Origin: Slackia sp.
GTDB taxonomy: Bacteria > Actinomycetota > Coriobacteriia > Coriobacteriales > Eggerthellaceae
Direction of reading: 5' to 3'
NCBI GenBank assembly: GCA_029266945.1
Contig: JARIED010000023.1
Span: 34,491-98,490, forward strand
DNA length: 64,000 bases
This document shows positions 19,992-29,930 of the stretch, piece by piece (position 1 is the stretch's first letter; the number at the start of each line of letters is the position of its first letter). A model generated the notes under the pieces. That model did not search any database and was not told the DNA's origin. It was given only the letters and a program-made list of their open reading frames with translations. A program made the translations under genes and the position numbers.

Positions 19992-20948
19992 CTACTCGAA
20001 CAGAGAAGCGACGGAGCCGTTCTCGTAGACATTGCGGATCGTCTTGGCGAACAGCGGGGCCACGGACAGGACCTTGATCTTGCCGGTCTGACGGTCGAGC
20101 GGGACGGGGATGACGTTGGTCACCACGACCTCCTCGATGCAGGAGTTGGCAATGCGCTCGTACGCCGGGCCGCTGAAGATGCCGTGCGTGGCGCAGGCGA
20201 ACACCTGGGCGGCGCCCTTGGCCTTCAAGGTCTCGGCGGCGGCCACCAGAGAGCCGGCGGTATCGATCATGTCGTCGTTGAGGATGCAGATCTTGTCGGT
20301 GACGTCGCCGATCAGCGCGGTGATTTCGGCCTGATTGTGACGCGGGCGATCCTTATGCATGATCGCGATGTCGCTGCCGAGCATGGTCTGGAACTTCTTG
20401 GCAGCCTTCGCACGACCCACGTCGGGAGAGACGACGCACAGCTTCTCGGGATCGAAGCCCTTCTTCTTGAAGTAGTCGACGAAGATAGGCATGGCGGTCA
20501 TGTGGTTCACCGGGCGGTCGAAGAAGCCCTGGATGGCGTCCTGGTGAAGGTCGATCGTGATCACGTTGTTCACGCCGGCGGTCTCGAGCAGGTCGGCGAC
20601 CAGCTTGGCCGTGATCGGCTCGCGCGGGGCGGCCTTGCGGTCCTGGCGGGCATAGCCGAAGTGCGTGATGACGGCGGAGATGGTACGGGCGGATGCGCGC
20701 TTGGCGGCATCGACCATGATCAGGAGCTCCATGAGCGCGTCGTTGATGTGGGCGCCCGCGACAGACTGGATCAAGAACACGTCGGCGCCGCGCACGCTTT
20801 CGAGGTAGCGAGCATAGATTTCGCCGTTCGCGAACTTCTCGAGCTTCACATTGCCCAAAGACACGCCCAGTTCATCGGCGATCTGGTCGGCAAGCTCGGG
20901 GTTCACAGAGCCGCTGAAAACGGCCATGCTCTTCTTCATGTCGGTCAT
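19992..20948 (-). CDS. prs: Ribose-phosphate diphosphokinase
   Basis: FSGSVNPELA, YARQDRK and the PRPP-binding loop (NDDMIDTAGS) are present. The start was trimmed to the ATG (MTDMKK) behind GAAGGAG. Confidence 0.95.
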   Translation of the reverse strand: MTDMKKSMAVFSGSVNPELADQIADELGVSLGNVKLEKFANGEIYARYLESVRGADVFLIQSVAGAHINDALMELLIMVDAAKRASARTISAVITHFGYARQDRKAAPREPITAKLVADLLETAGVNNVITIDLHQDAIQGFFDRPVNHMTAMPIFVDYFKKKGFDPEKLCVVSPDVGRAKAAKKFQTMLGSDIAIMHKDRPRHNQAEITALIGDVTDKICILNDDMIDTAGSLVAAAETLKAKGAAQVFACATHGIFSGPAYERIANSCIEEVVVTNVIPVPLDRQTGKIKVLSVAPLFAKTIRNVYENGSVASLFE

Positions 20949-21260
20949 GGATATTCGCTCCTTCTCTATTCCCATGAAAACAACCGCATACCATATTACC
21001 CCGTTCTTGGGGAAAATGCCCTCCACCTCGCGAAATCACCGGGACGGCGAAGACGGGCGGGCGCCGCGGCGAACGGCCCTTGCGCGGCAAGCGGGCGCGT
21101 AAAGGTCGTCTTCGCACGGCGAACGGCGCGGCGGCACATCCGCGGCATTCTCGTTGCGGCCCGGCGCGTCGACGTCTTCGCGCGGCGAGACATCGTCTGA
21201 ACGAAGAGCGCCCGTCGGACGATTCGGACGGGCGCTGGAAACGACGCAATGCGCGGGCTA

Positions 21261-22682
21261 CTAACCCTTCTTCTGCGCTTCGGCCTCGGCTTTGCGGGCG
21301 CGCAGCTTCTCCCTGTGACGGGCGGCCCAGCCGGCGATTTCGCGCTGCTCGCAACGCTCGAGGGCAAGGGCGCCTGCCTCCACGTCGCGCGTGACGCACG
21401 ACGCCGCGCCGATGATGGAGCCGCGGCCGAGCTTCACCGGAGCCACAAGCATGCAATCGCTGCCCACGAACACATCGTCCTCGATCACCGTGGGATGCTT
21501 GTTCACGCCGTCGTAGTTGCACGTGATCGAACCCGCGCCGATGTTGACGCCCGAGCCCATGGAGGTGTCGCCGATGTAGGACAGATGCGGCACCTTGCTG
21601 CCGGCGCCGATTGTAGACTTCTTGATTTCCACATGCGTGCCCGCCTTGGCGCCTTCACACAAATGCGTGCCGGCGCGAAGATATGCGCGAGGGCCGGACG
21701 TGGCGGCGTCGTCGATGCGCGCGCCTTCGGCCACCGTTTCGTCCACACGGCAGCCGCGACCGACCACCGTGTCGATCAGGCGGGTGTTCGGACCGACCAC
21801 GCTGTTCTTGCCGACCTTGGTCTCGCCCAGAAGAAACGTCGTGGGCAGAAGCTCCACGTCGTTTTCGATTTCCACGTCGGGGCCAACCCAGACGGTATCG
21901 GGGTCCCACATGGTGACGCCCGCGGCCATATGGCGCTCATTGATGCGGCGCTGCATGGCCTTGGTCGCCTGCGCCAGCTGGATGCGCGAGTTCACGCCCA
22001 TGGCTTCCTCGGCATCCTCGGTGGTCAGCGCCAGCACCTCGCGGCCGTCGGCGCGACAGATTTCAAGCACGTCGGTGAGGTAATACTCGCCCTGCGCGTT
22101 GTCGTTGGACACGCGGGAAAGCGCGTCGAAAAGCACCGGCGCGTCGAAGCAATAGAAACCGGCGTTGCATTCCGTGATCGCGGCCTCTTCGGGCGTGGCG
22201 TCTTTCTGCTCGACGATACGCGCCACCGCGTCGCCCTCGCGCACGATGCGGCCGTAGCCGAAGGGGTTTTCCATCTGCATGGTGAGCACCACCACGGCGG
22301 CATCCGTTTCTTCGCGCTTGGCGACAAGAGCGGCAATCGTCTCAGGAGTGATCAGGGGGCAGTCGCCCGAAAGCACCACGAGCGAGCCTTCGGCAATCGA
22401 TCCGTCGTCGCAGGCCACGGCCTCGCGAGCGGCGTTGACGGCATCGCCTGTGCCCAGCTGCTGCGTCTGGATGACGATCTGCGTGTCGTCCTGCACGATC
22501 GGCGCGACGCGCTCGCTCATATGGCCCAGGACGGAAATGACGTCGGAGATGCCCGCCTTGCGGGCGGCATCCACCACCCAGCGCACGAGCGGCTTGCCCA
22601 AAACCTCGTGGGCCACCTTGGGTTTATCGGATTTCATACGGGTGCCAGCACCCGCTGCAAGAATCAAAGCTTTGGCGTTCAT
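21261..22682 (-). CDS. glmU: Bifunctional UDP-N-acetylglucosamine diphosphorylase / glucosamine-1-phosphate N-acetyltransferase
   Basis: LILAAGAGTRMKS is followed by C-terminal hexapeptide repeats (left-handed beta-helix). The start was trimmed to MNAKALIL. The glmU-prs-pth order is conserved. Confidence 0.95.
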   Translation of the reverse strand: MNAKALILAAGAGTRMKSDKPKVAHEVLGKPLVRWVVDAARKAGISDVISVLGHMSERVAPIVQDDTQIVIQTQQLGTGDAVNAAREAVACDDGSIAEGSLVVLSGDCPLITPETIAALVAKREETDAAVVVLTMQMENPFGYGRIVREGDAVARIVEQKDATPEEAAITECNAGFYCFDAPVLFDALSRVSNDNAQGEYYLTDVLEICRADGREVLALTTEDAEEAMGVNSRIQLAQATKAMQRRINERHMAAGVTMWDPDTVWVGPDVEIENDVELLPTTFLLGETKVGKNSVVGPNTRLIDTVVGRGCRVDETVAEGARIDDAATSGPRAYLRAGTHLCEGAKAGTHVEIKKSTIGAGSKVPHLSYIGDTSMGSGVNIGAGSITCNYDGVNKHPTVIEDDVFVGSDCMLVAPVKLGRGSIIGAASCVTRDVEAGALALERCEQREIAGWAARHREKLRARKAEAEAQKKG

Positions 22683-22839
22683 GCGAGAACCTTCTTCGCA
22701 TCGGCAATAAAGACATGCGAAGTATAACGCAGCGCGCAAGCAGGCCGAAGCCGCAGGCGAGAACCCATGCAATCGGCAGGAACGGCATGCGAAAGCACGC
22801 GGCCTGAACCCTCGCCGACCGACCCGGCCGCGACGCATG

Positions 22840-23787
22840 CTAGATGATCGGGCGCGTCCATTCCGGCAAACCCTTGGCGCGGCGGTTCGCACGGCGGCCG
22901 CGCATGTTCTCCACGCAGCCTTGCATGCCGTGCGGCACGTAATCGAGTCTCTCGATGTCTTCGGGCAGATAGCTCACCAGGCTCAAAGGCGCGGTCTGCA
23001 CGATGGATTCGGGGTCGGGGCCCGGCATGCGCGGCACGGCCTCGAATCCGTACACCGCGGCGCCTTGGGCCACCAGCTTGTTCTCGTAGCCGCTCCACGG
23101 CTCGTCGGGAAACATCGCGCGCACGTCGTCGGCGCTCCAGCGCAGGTCGTAGCCCGCAAGCTCGAGCTGCGTGAGCGAGAAATCGCGCAGCGGCTGGCTG
23201 TCGGTACGCAGGCGCACCATGCCGCCATCGGCCAGAACGGCGCGATAGGCCATGAGCCTGTCAACATACGTCAGGCGCAGCGGAGCCTTCTTCTTTTTCG
23301 GGAACGGCGTGGAGAAGTTGAGCAGGATCGCATCGAGCTCGCCCGACGCGAACAGCGTGGACAGATCCAAATCGGGGTTCTCCTCGAACACGAACACGAC
23401 ATTGGGCACGCCTTCGGCCAGAGCGCGCTCGGCGCCGCGCATCACGCAGACGCCTTCGATGTCGAGCCCGACGAACAGCACGTCGGGATTCGCTTTCGCA
23501 CAGGCCACCGTGTATTCGCCCTTGCCGCAGCCCAAATCGAGGCACACATGTGCATAGGGAGTTTCGCGGCGCACGGAAGCGTCACGACTCGGCCTCGTGC
23601 GAAAGGCGTCCGCCATCGCATCTTTTCCCGGTTCATGTTCCGAAACCGAAGCGGCCGATCCTCGCGGCGCCCAGAAACGCCATGCTCCCGCCCACGACGC
23701 GGGATCCGACTCCACGGCGTCGGCGCAGGCCGCCAAGCGGTCTTCGAGCGAGAAATCTTTCGGCATACGGGAACGCGCGGTGCGCAT
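22840..23787 (-). CDS. trmB: tRNA (guanine-N7)-methyltransferase
   Basis: LDLGCGKGEY SAM motif, followed by ILLNFSTPFPKKK and LRTDS. The start was trimmed to the ATG (MRTARS) behind AAAGGAG. N- and C-terminal extensions are present. Confidence 0.85.
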   Translation of the reverse strand: MRTARSRMPKDFSLEDRLAACADAVESDPASWAGAWRFWAPRGSAASVSEHEPGKDAMADAFRTRPSRDASVRRETPYAHVCLDLGCGKGEYTVACAKANPDVLFVGLDIEGVCVMRGAERALAEGVPNVVFVFEENPDLDLSTLFASGELDAILLNFSTPFPKKKKAPLRLTYVDRLMAYRAVLADGGMVRLRTDSQPLRDFSLTQLELAGYDLRWSADDVRAMFPDEPWSGYENKLVAQGAAVYGFEAVPRMPGPDPESIVQTAPLSLVSYLPEDIERLDYVPHGMQGCVENMRGRRANRRAKGLPEWTRPII

Positions 23788-24018
23788 AAGACGCTCCTTT
23801 TCGATGGAAGAAAAACGAACATCTATCCTATACCGTCGGGACGCGCTTGGCGAGAGCGCATTCGAAACATCACGCGAAACGGAAGCGGCGGCGAAGCCGG
23901 GCCGAAAGGCGCGGGCCGGACGGCCCGCGAGCAACCCAGGCGGCGGCCGCACGCGGCGCCCACGACGCGGCGGCCCGCAGGCAAGGCGCACCCGCAAGCG
24001 CGGCTGAGACGCCGGCGG

Positions 24019-24615
24019 CTACAGCTCGACGACGCGCGTGGCGATGCGGTCGCGCAGCATGGGCGAATGGGTCACCGTCACAAGCCCCGCGCCCGTCTCG
24101 TCGGCCCAACGCAGCAGGCGCTTCCACAGGTCGGCCTGGGTAAGCGCGTCGAGCATGGTGGAAATCTCGTCGCATATGAGGTAGCGCGGCGAACACGCCA
24201 ACGCCCGCACGATGCAGAAGCGCTGCAGCTCGCCGCCCGACAGCTCGCGCGGACGCCGGGTCAGCCATTCGTCGCACACGCCTATCTCCTCGCGCAAAGC
24301 GGCGAGCGTTGCGGCGTCGCACGGGCATTCCGCCAGGCTTTTCTCCATGGTCATCAGCGGATCGAGCATCCGCTCGGGGTGCTGCCAGATCATCTGCACA
24401 GGAGAAGAGCCCTTGCGCGGAAGCGGCGCGCCGTCCACCGTGACCGTACCTTTCTGCAGCTCGTCGTAGCCCGACAAGATCTTGCACAGCGTGGTTTTGC
24501 CCCGCCCCGACGGCGCGCTCAACGCGACCCGCTCGCCGGGAGCCACGGCGATGCTCACGCCCTCGAGAATGAGCGTCTTGCCGTATGAGAATTCGATATC
24601 GCATGCCTGCAACAT
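24019..24615 (-). CDS. ABC transporter ATP-binding protein (short OppF/NikE-like)
   Basis: Walker A (SGRGKTT), signature (LSGGELQR) and Walker B (LICDEISTMLD). The start was trimmed to the ATG (MLQACD) behind GAAGGGAG. Confidence 0.86.
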   Translation of the reverse strand: MLQACDIEFSYGKTLILEGVSIAVAPGERVALSAPSGRGKTTLCKILSGYDELQKGTVTVDGAPLPRKGSSPVQMIWQHPERMLDPLMTMEKSLAECPCDAATLAALREEIGVCDEWLTRRPRELSGGELQRFCIVRALACSPRYLICDEISTMLDALTQADLWKRLLRWADETGAGLVTVTHSPMLRDRIATRVVEL

Positions 24616-24765
24616 GTCGTGCTCCCTTCGAAATCGTGCCATCAGAGCGAACGGCGCGACGAGGCGGCGCCGCTCGTTCCGGCATCAGGCGAACGCGGCC
24701 CACCCGAGGCGTCGCGCGCCGCAAACAGGCGCCGAGCCTTCCCGATGCGCGGCGAAGGCCTTCGG

Positions 24766-25722
24766 TTATCGGCCGCCTTGCCTATCGGATCCTTCGAATC
24801 CGTGCTCGGGCAACGCGTGCCACAACGCGCGGCTGAACGGATGACGCAGCAGCTCGGGCGAGGCGAAGTTCGCCACGGCCGTTTCCTCCACCACCGTTCC
24901 GTCCTTGAACACCGCGATGCGGTCTGCCACGCGCAGCACCAGTTCGATGTCGTGCGTGATCAAAAGCACGCCGCCGCCTTCGTCGGCGAACGCGCGGAAA
25001 TCGTCCATCGCGCGCACGGCCAGGTCAAGATCGAGGCCGGGCGTCGGCTCGTCGGCGATGATCAGGCGTGGCCTGTTCGCCAGAGCGCACGCCAGCAGCA
25101 CGCGGCGGGCCATGCCGCCCGACAGCTCGAACGGATACAGGTTCGCCGCGCGCTCGTCCAGGCCGTAGCGCTCGAACACCTCGCGCCTACGGCGGCGCGC
25201 CTCCTCGGGCGTCGCGTCGCGCACGAAAAGCTCGACCTGCTTTCCCACCTTCATCAAAGGGTCGAGCGATTCGACACTCTGGGGAACGAATGCGATCTCG
25301 CGCCCGCGCAGGGCGGCGAGCCTCTCTTCATCGCATCGTTCCCCATCGAACCACACGGTCCCTTCGACCAGGGAGTTTTCGGCCGAAATACCCAGAATGG
25401 CATCGGCGAGCAAAGTCTTGCCCGAGCCAGACGCGCCCACCACGGCCACGATTTCACCCGCGTGCACGCCGATGCTCAGCCCATGGATCGCCTCTACCGT
25501 GCGGCGCGGCGCCGAAAGCCACGAGAAAAAGCCCGCGTCGGGCGCGTCGTCGTACATCGAAAACGAGACCGACAGGTCTTCCACCTGCAGCAGATGATGG
25601 CCGCCCGCATGGCGCGACCCGTCCGCGTGGGTATGGTGATGATGGGCGCGGCCGTCCTCATGCACCGCGGAATGCTCGGGCGTCCAGGCGCCTGCGGGCG
25701 CGTTCTTTTCGATATCCTGCAT
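24766..25722 (-). CDS. ABC transporter ATP-binding protein (OppD/DppD/NikD-like) with a His-rich N-terminus
   Basis: Walker A (GASGSGKT), signature (LSGGMARR) and Walker B (LIIADEPT). The start was trimmed to the ATG (MQDIEK) behind AGGAGA. The N-terminal segment is HEDGRAHHHHTHADGSRHAGGHH. Confidence 0.88.
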   Translation of the reverse strand: MQDIEKNAPAGAWTPEHSAVHEDGRAHHHHTHADGSRHAGGHHLLQVEDLSVSFSMYDDAPDAGFFSWLSAPRRTVEAIHGLSIGVHAGEIVAVVGASGSGKTLLADAILGISAENSLVEGTVWFDGERCDEERLAALRGREIAFVPQSVESLDPLMKVGKQVELFVRDATPEEARRRRREVFERYGLDERAANLYPFELSGGMARRVLLACALANRPRLIIADEPTPGLDLDLAVRAMDDFRAFADEGGGVLLITHDIELVLRVADRIAVFKDGTVVEETAVANFASPELLRHPFSRALWHALPEHGFEGSDRQGGR

Positions 25723-25730
25723 GCCGTCTC

Positions 25731-26648
25731 CTACTCCTGCGCGCTTGCCGGGTCGCTCAAGCGGCGAAGGCCCTGCCCCACCGCGTCGAACAACATGACC
25801 ACGCCGATGAGCGCCAGGCCGGGAAACACCGCGAGCCACCACATGCCAGCCGACAAATAGCTCATCGATTCGGACAAGATGATACCGATTGCGGCCGATT
25901 CGGGCGAAAGCCCGAACCCGAGAAACGTCACGGACGCCTCGTGCAGCACGGCATGGGGGAACAGCAGGATCGTTCCCACGATGAACTGCGGCAACACGTG
26001 AGGCAACACATGGCGCGCCGCCACCGCGAGGCGCGACTGTCCGAGTTTGCGGGAAAGCGCCACGTACGGCGCGTTTTTGACCTGCAGCACCTCGGCGCGC
26101 ACCACACGCGCCAAGCTGGGCCAGTGCGTGAGCGCGATGCCCACCACCACGCCGACGAACCCTTTACCCATGGCGTAAGAGATCAAAATGAGCAGCACGA
26201 TGTGGGGAATGCCCAGCATGAGGTCGATCAGCCAAGTGACCGCGGCATCCACATTGCGCCCGCCGAGGGCCGCCGCGGTGCCGAGCGCCAAAGCGATCAA
26301 AGCGCTCGCGCCCGCCGCAAGAAGGCCGATCAGCACGCTTTGCGCCAAGCCCGCCACCGTGCGCACCAGCATGTCGTGGCCGAGACGGTCGGTGCCGAAC
26401 AAATGCTCGAACGAAGGCGCGAGCGAACGCGCGCCCATATCGGTCTGCACCGCTTGGGGCATGAGCGCCACGCCCAGCACCGCCACCGCCAGCAGGATGG
26501 CCGCCGCCGCGACCGACGTGGCGAACACACGACGGCGCGACGGAACGCGGCGACTCGACGGGCAATGGATGATCGGCCGCCTCATGGCGGCGGTCGAAGC
26601 CTGGGCCGCGCACGCGGCCGCGCCGTTCGTCGAAGTGCTAGACCGCAT
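25731..26648 (-). CDS. ABC transporter permease (OppC/DppC/NikC-like)
   Basis: Polytopic protein in the BPD-transporter family with the pattern Y..A....G.S......H..P in the EAA loop region. The start is uncertain: 26648 overlaps the upstream gene by 11 nt, and 26585 is the alternative. Confidence 0.85.
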   Translation of the reverse strand: MRSSTSTNGAAACAAQASTAAMRRPIIHCPSSRRVPSRRRVFATSVAAAAILLAVAVLGVALMPQAVQTDMGARSLAPSFEHLFGTDRLGHDMLVRTVAGLAQSVLIGLLAAGASALIALALGTAAALGGRNVDAAVTWLIDLMLGIPHIVLLILISYAMGKGFVGVVVGIALTHWPSLARVVRAEVLQVKNAPYVALSRKLGQSRLAVAARHVLPHVLPQFIVGTILLFPHAVLHEASVTFLGFGLSPESAAIGIILSESMSYLSAGMWWLAVFPGLALIGVVMLFDAVGQGLRRLSDPASAQE

Positions 26649-27624
26649 GGGACGCCCCCTTCCTGATGCGCGGGTCGATCACGCCGTACAAGACGTTCGC
26701 CAGCAGGTTTCCGCCGAACACGATGGCCGCCGACACGAGCGCGATGCCCACGAGCAGCGGGGCGTCGCCGCCGAGGCCCGCCGTGACGGCCGCCTGGCCG
26801 AGGCCAGGATACGAAAACACCTGCTCGACGAGGACCGAGCCTCCGAAAATCTCCGAGATGGACGCGAACTGCAGCGTGATAGCCGGCAGCGCGACGTTGC
26901 GCAGGCCGTGCAGGCGAAACGCCTTCCACGCAGACTGCCCCTGGGCGCGGGCGAAGCGCATGTAGCCGCTGCCCATCACGTCGATCGTCTTCTCGCGCGT
27001 GTGCAGCGCGATGTTCGCCACGCCGAGAAACGACAGCACGATAGCGGGCAGGGCCATGTGGTACAGAATGTCGCCCAGGCCCACGTCTTCGGCGGGCATG
27101 CCGATCGGCACCGAGAAGCCGATCGGGAACCATCCCAGCGCCACGCCGAACACGATCAGCGCGAGCAGGCCCAGCCAGAACGTGGGAGTGGACGCCAGCA
27201 CATAGCAATACACGCGCACGACGCGGTCGAACAGGCTGTCGCGACGCAGGCCCGACGCCACGCCTAGCACGAAGCCGAGCACGCCCGAGAACGCCCACGC
27301 GCAGCCCATCAAAAGCAGCGAATTGCCAGCGCGCCACGCGATCACGTCGGCCACGGGCGCGTTGAAGCGCAGGCTCTGGCCCATATCGCCCTGCAAAGCG
27401 GCGCCGGCCCATTCGATATAACGCTGCCACAGCGGCGCATCGGTGCCCCAGTAGGCGGCGAGCTGGGCTTTCTTCTCGACGCTCATGGACACGAGCGATG
27501 CCTGGCCCATGTTGGCCTGCACAGGATCGATCGGCGACATCGCCACCAGCACGAACGCCACGATGCTCACGGCAACCATGAGCATCGCGAATTTCAGGAT
27601 ATTTCGTACGACGAATTTGACCAT
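26638..27624 (-). CDS. ABC transporter permease (OppB/DppB/NikB-like)
   Basis: MVKFVVRNILKF... is a typical OppB N-terminus. The EAA-type loop is YMRFARAQGQS. Confidence 0.9.
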   Translation of the reverse strand: MVKFVVRNILKFAMLMVAVSIVAFVLVAMSPIDPVQANMGQASLVSMSVEKKAQLAAYWGTDAPLWQRYIEWAGAALQGDMGQSLRFNAPVADVIAWRAGNSLLLMGCAWAFSGVLGFVLGVASGLRRDSLFDRVVRVYCYVLASTPTFWLGLLALIVFGVALGWFPIGFSVPIGMPAEDVGLGDILYHMALPAIVLSFLGVANIALHTREKTIDVMGSGYMRFARAQGQSAWKAFRLHGLRNVALPAITLQFASISEIFGGSVLVEQVFSYPGLGQAAVTAGLGGDAPLLVGIALVSAAIVFGGNLLANVLYGVIDPRIRKGASHAV

Positions 27625-27880
27625 GGGTCGATAGTTCGTTCTTTCTCTTCAGCCCGCAAGACGGGCGAGGTCGAAGCGCGCCGATGCGGCTGCGCGAAAG
27701 CAAACGCGTCAAGGATACACGAGAGCGAACGCCTCGCCCGCCTCGACGACGCGATGCGGACGGACAAAGGCGCCGGCGCGCGAGAAGCCTCCGAGCGAAG
27801 TCGACGAAGCGCAGCCGTCTCAAAACAGCAGGCGGCCGTCCGCGCCTGGACACGCCGCCTGCGCGAAGAAAGCCGCGAGC

Positions 27881-29533
27881 CTATGCCCACGCCCATTCGT
27901 CGACGTTGTTCACGATGGACCAGCCGTGGCCGTGCGGATGCGGCTTCTGGTCGGCCACCTTGAGGCCGTCGCGCGTGAAATACAGATGGTCGACGTTGGC
28001 GAGCCACACCCACGGCGCGTCGGTATCGGGCGTGACGCCCTCGGAGCCGTCGAACTGCGCCTTCTGATACAGCTCGTAGGAAGCCTCGATCGTCGGCGTG
28101 GAAACGGCCTGCTCAAGATACTCGTTGGTGGTCTCGTTGTCGCGACAGGCGAAGTCGGACGAGCCCTCGGAGTAATTCAAGTTGTAGACTTCAATGGGCG
28201 AATTGGAGCCCCAGCCCCACAACTGAGCCTCGCTGTACGACATGGGTTCCAAGTCGTCCCACGATTTGCCTTCGACATTCACCTTAATGCCCAACGGCGC
28301 CATCTGTTCGGCGAAATCGGCCGCCATGGCCTGGCGCATCATGTCGTTGGTCATATAGTAGAGTTTGAACTCGGCACGCACGCCGTCTTTGACCAGCACG
28401 CCGTCGTCGCCTGCGACCCAGCCGCCGTCGGCCAGGATGCCTTTGGCCTTCTCGACATCGGTTGCGACCTTCATGTCCTTGCACGCCCACGGCATGCCGT
28501 CGGAGGGGCTGAACGCAGGCGTCGCATGGCCGCTCAGCGAACGATTCACCAAAAGCTCGCGGTCGACCGCATAGTTCATGGCGCGGCGCAGGGCGAGGTC
28601 GCAGGTCACATTATTGCCCGCATCGTATTCCACACCGCCCACCATGCGCTTCGCGCCCGCGGGAACCACGGGAAGAGAAATGCCGCGCGAATCGACCGTC
28701 TTCACCGAAAGCAGCCCATAGCCCGCGGGCAGGGCATCGGCCATGGTGGCGGAGGTATAAGCCACGTCCACCTGGCAGGCCTGGGCGGCGGCGAGCGAGG
28801 CGTCTTCGTCCATGAACACCACCACGACGCGCTTCATCACGGGCGCTTCGCCATAGTAGTCGGGATTCGCTTCGAAGATGACCTGCTGGCCGCGATCCCA
28901 CTGGGCCAGCTTGTAGCGGCCGGAGCCGACGGGGTTGCTGCCGTAATCGTCGCCGTGCGCATGGGCGGGGCAGATGCCCACCGTGGAAAGCGTGTACATA
29001 AGAATGTTGAAGGGATGCACCATGCGGATCTCGACCGTTTCGTCGTCGAGCGCCACAGCCTCGGACACCATGGACAGGTCGACCTCGGACGCCGGGGCGT
29101 CCTTGATGCCGTTGATGGTGAAGGCGACGTCTTCGGCAGTCAAAGGCTCGCCATCGGTGAACTTGACATCGGTACGGATCTTGAACGTCCACGCCATGCC
29201 GTCCTCGCTGCATTCATAGGACGTGGCCAAGTCATTATGCAGGCCCATGTCGGTATCGGTCTTGACCAGCGTCGACTGGATGAGCGGCTCGTGCACGTGC
29301 TCGCCACAGCCCCATGCGACGAACGGGTCGAAGCCCGCCTCGGGCTCGGCGTTCGTAGGCATGGACACGATCACCTGCTCGGGCGCCTCCTGCTGCTCGG
29401 CGGCGGCATCGGACCCAGGCGCCGATTTGCCCGAAGAGCACGAGGTCAGAACGCCTGCGAAGGCCGCCGTGGCGCCGCCCGCGGCCAAAAGCTGCGAAAA
29501 GCGACGACGCGACATGAACATGGATTCCTGCAT
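27881..29533 (-). CDS. ABC transporter substrate-binding lipoprotein, family 5 (peptide/nickel/opine type)
   Basis: The start was trimmed to the ATG (MQESMFMSRRRFSQLL...) behind AGAGAGGGGA. A twin-arginine motif is followed by the lipobox LTSC. The body is SBP_bac_5-like. Confidence 0.9.
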   Translation of the reverse strand: MQESMFMSRRRFSQLLAAGGATAAFAGVLTSCSSGKSAPGSDAAAEQQEAPEQVIVSMPTNAEPEAGFDPFVAWGCGEHVHEPLIQSTLVKTDTDMGLHNDLATSYECSEDGMAWTFKIRTDVKFTDGEPLTAEDVAFTINGIKDAPASEVDLSMVSEAVALDDETVEIRMVHPFNILMYTLSTVGICPAHAHGDDYGSNPVGSGRYKLAQWDRGQQVIFEANPDYYGEAPVMKRVVVVFMDEDASLAAAQACQVDVAYTSATMADALPAGYGLLSVKTVDSRGISLPVVPAGAKRMVGGVEYDAGNNVTCDLALRRAMNYAVDRELLVNRSLSGHATPAFSPSDGMPWACKDMKVATDVEKAKGILADGGWVAGDDGVLVKDGVRAEFKLYYMTNDMMRQAMAADFAEQMAPLGIKVNVEGKSWDDLEPMSYSEAQLWGWGSNSPIEVYNLNYSEGSSDFACRDNETTNEYLEQAVSTPTIEASYELYQKAQFDGSEGVTPDTDAPWVWLANVDHLYFTRDGLKVADQKPHPHGHGWSIVNNVDEWAWA

Positions 29534-29652
29534 GGTAGTCCCCTCTCTGGTCGGACAAGAAGCGAAGCGCCGCGCAGCAGCGCGTCGGAGCCATCCCCCC
29601 GTCTGCGCCGCGACAGGACGCTTCGTCGCATCCTGTAGTGTTACCTTTTCTG

Positions 29653-29705
29653 GACTCGTAACACCATAGAGCATTGATGTTATCGATTCAAGATTCGTAA
29701 CACCA
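29653..29705 (-). promoter_or_regulatory. Direct repeat GA(C/T)TCGTAACACCA x2, spaced 39 nt, in the transporter leader (possible operator or RNA element)
   Basis: The copies are at 29653-29666 and 29692-29705. GTGTTAC (29638-29644) can pair with GTAACAC (29658-29664). Confidence 0.3.
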
Positions 29706-29788
29706 ACGGCGCGAAACGTCCCTGAACCGGCAACCAGGACCCTTTCGATAAAAGACACGCCGCCAGAAGTCGAGAAGATGCATGAAAA

Positions 29789-29930
29789 TTGCAGTTGGCG
29801 GTCTTTTCGGCGCCGCGACGTCATGGGCACGAAAATAAAATCCCAGGTGACGAGCTTTTGACAATTTCGCCCCACGCGATAAACCGTCGCGTGGGGCGAA
29901 AACGACCCTGGAAAAGACCGCCTACTGCAA
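29789..29930. repeat. Nested inverted-repeat element in the 440-bp leader
   Basis: The 20-nt arms TTGCAGTTGGCGGTCTTTTC (29789-29808) and GAAAAGACCGCCTACTGCAA (29911-29930) match as an inverted repeat at 19 of 20 positions. They enclose a perfect 12-bp palindrome, CGCCCCACGCGA-n7-TCGCGTGGGGCG (29868-29898). Confidence 0.6.

Noticed and set aside
21249-24588. Long plus-strand ORFs (21249-22727, 22837-24588) and further examples at 25068-26666, 27926-29638, 31624-33021, 33168-34214, 34221-35345, 38981-40570, 42490-43665, 43659-44744, 52401-54146, 56374-58188, 59584-61113 (-) and 61805-63175
   Set aside because: The reasoning is the same. Each is the antisense or off-frame shadow of a gene with strong family motifs, and none has an independent SD/start context or domain signature.
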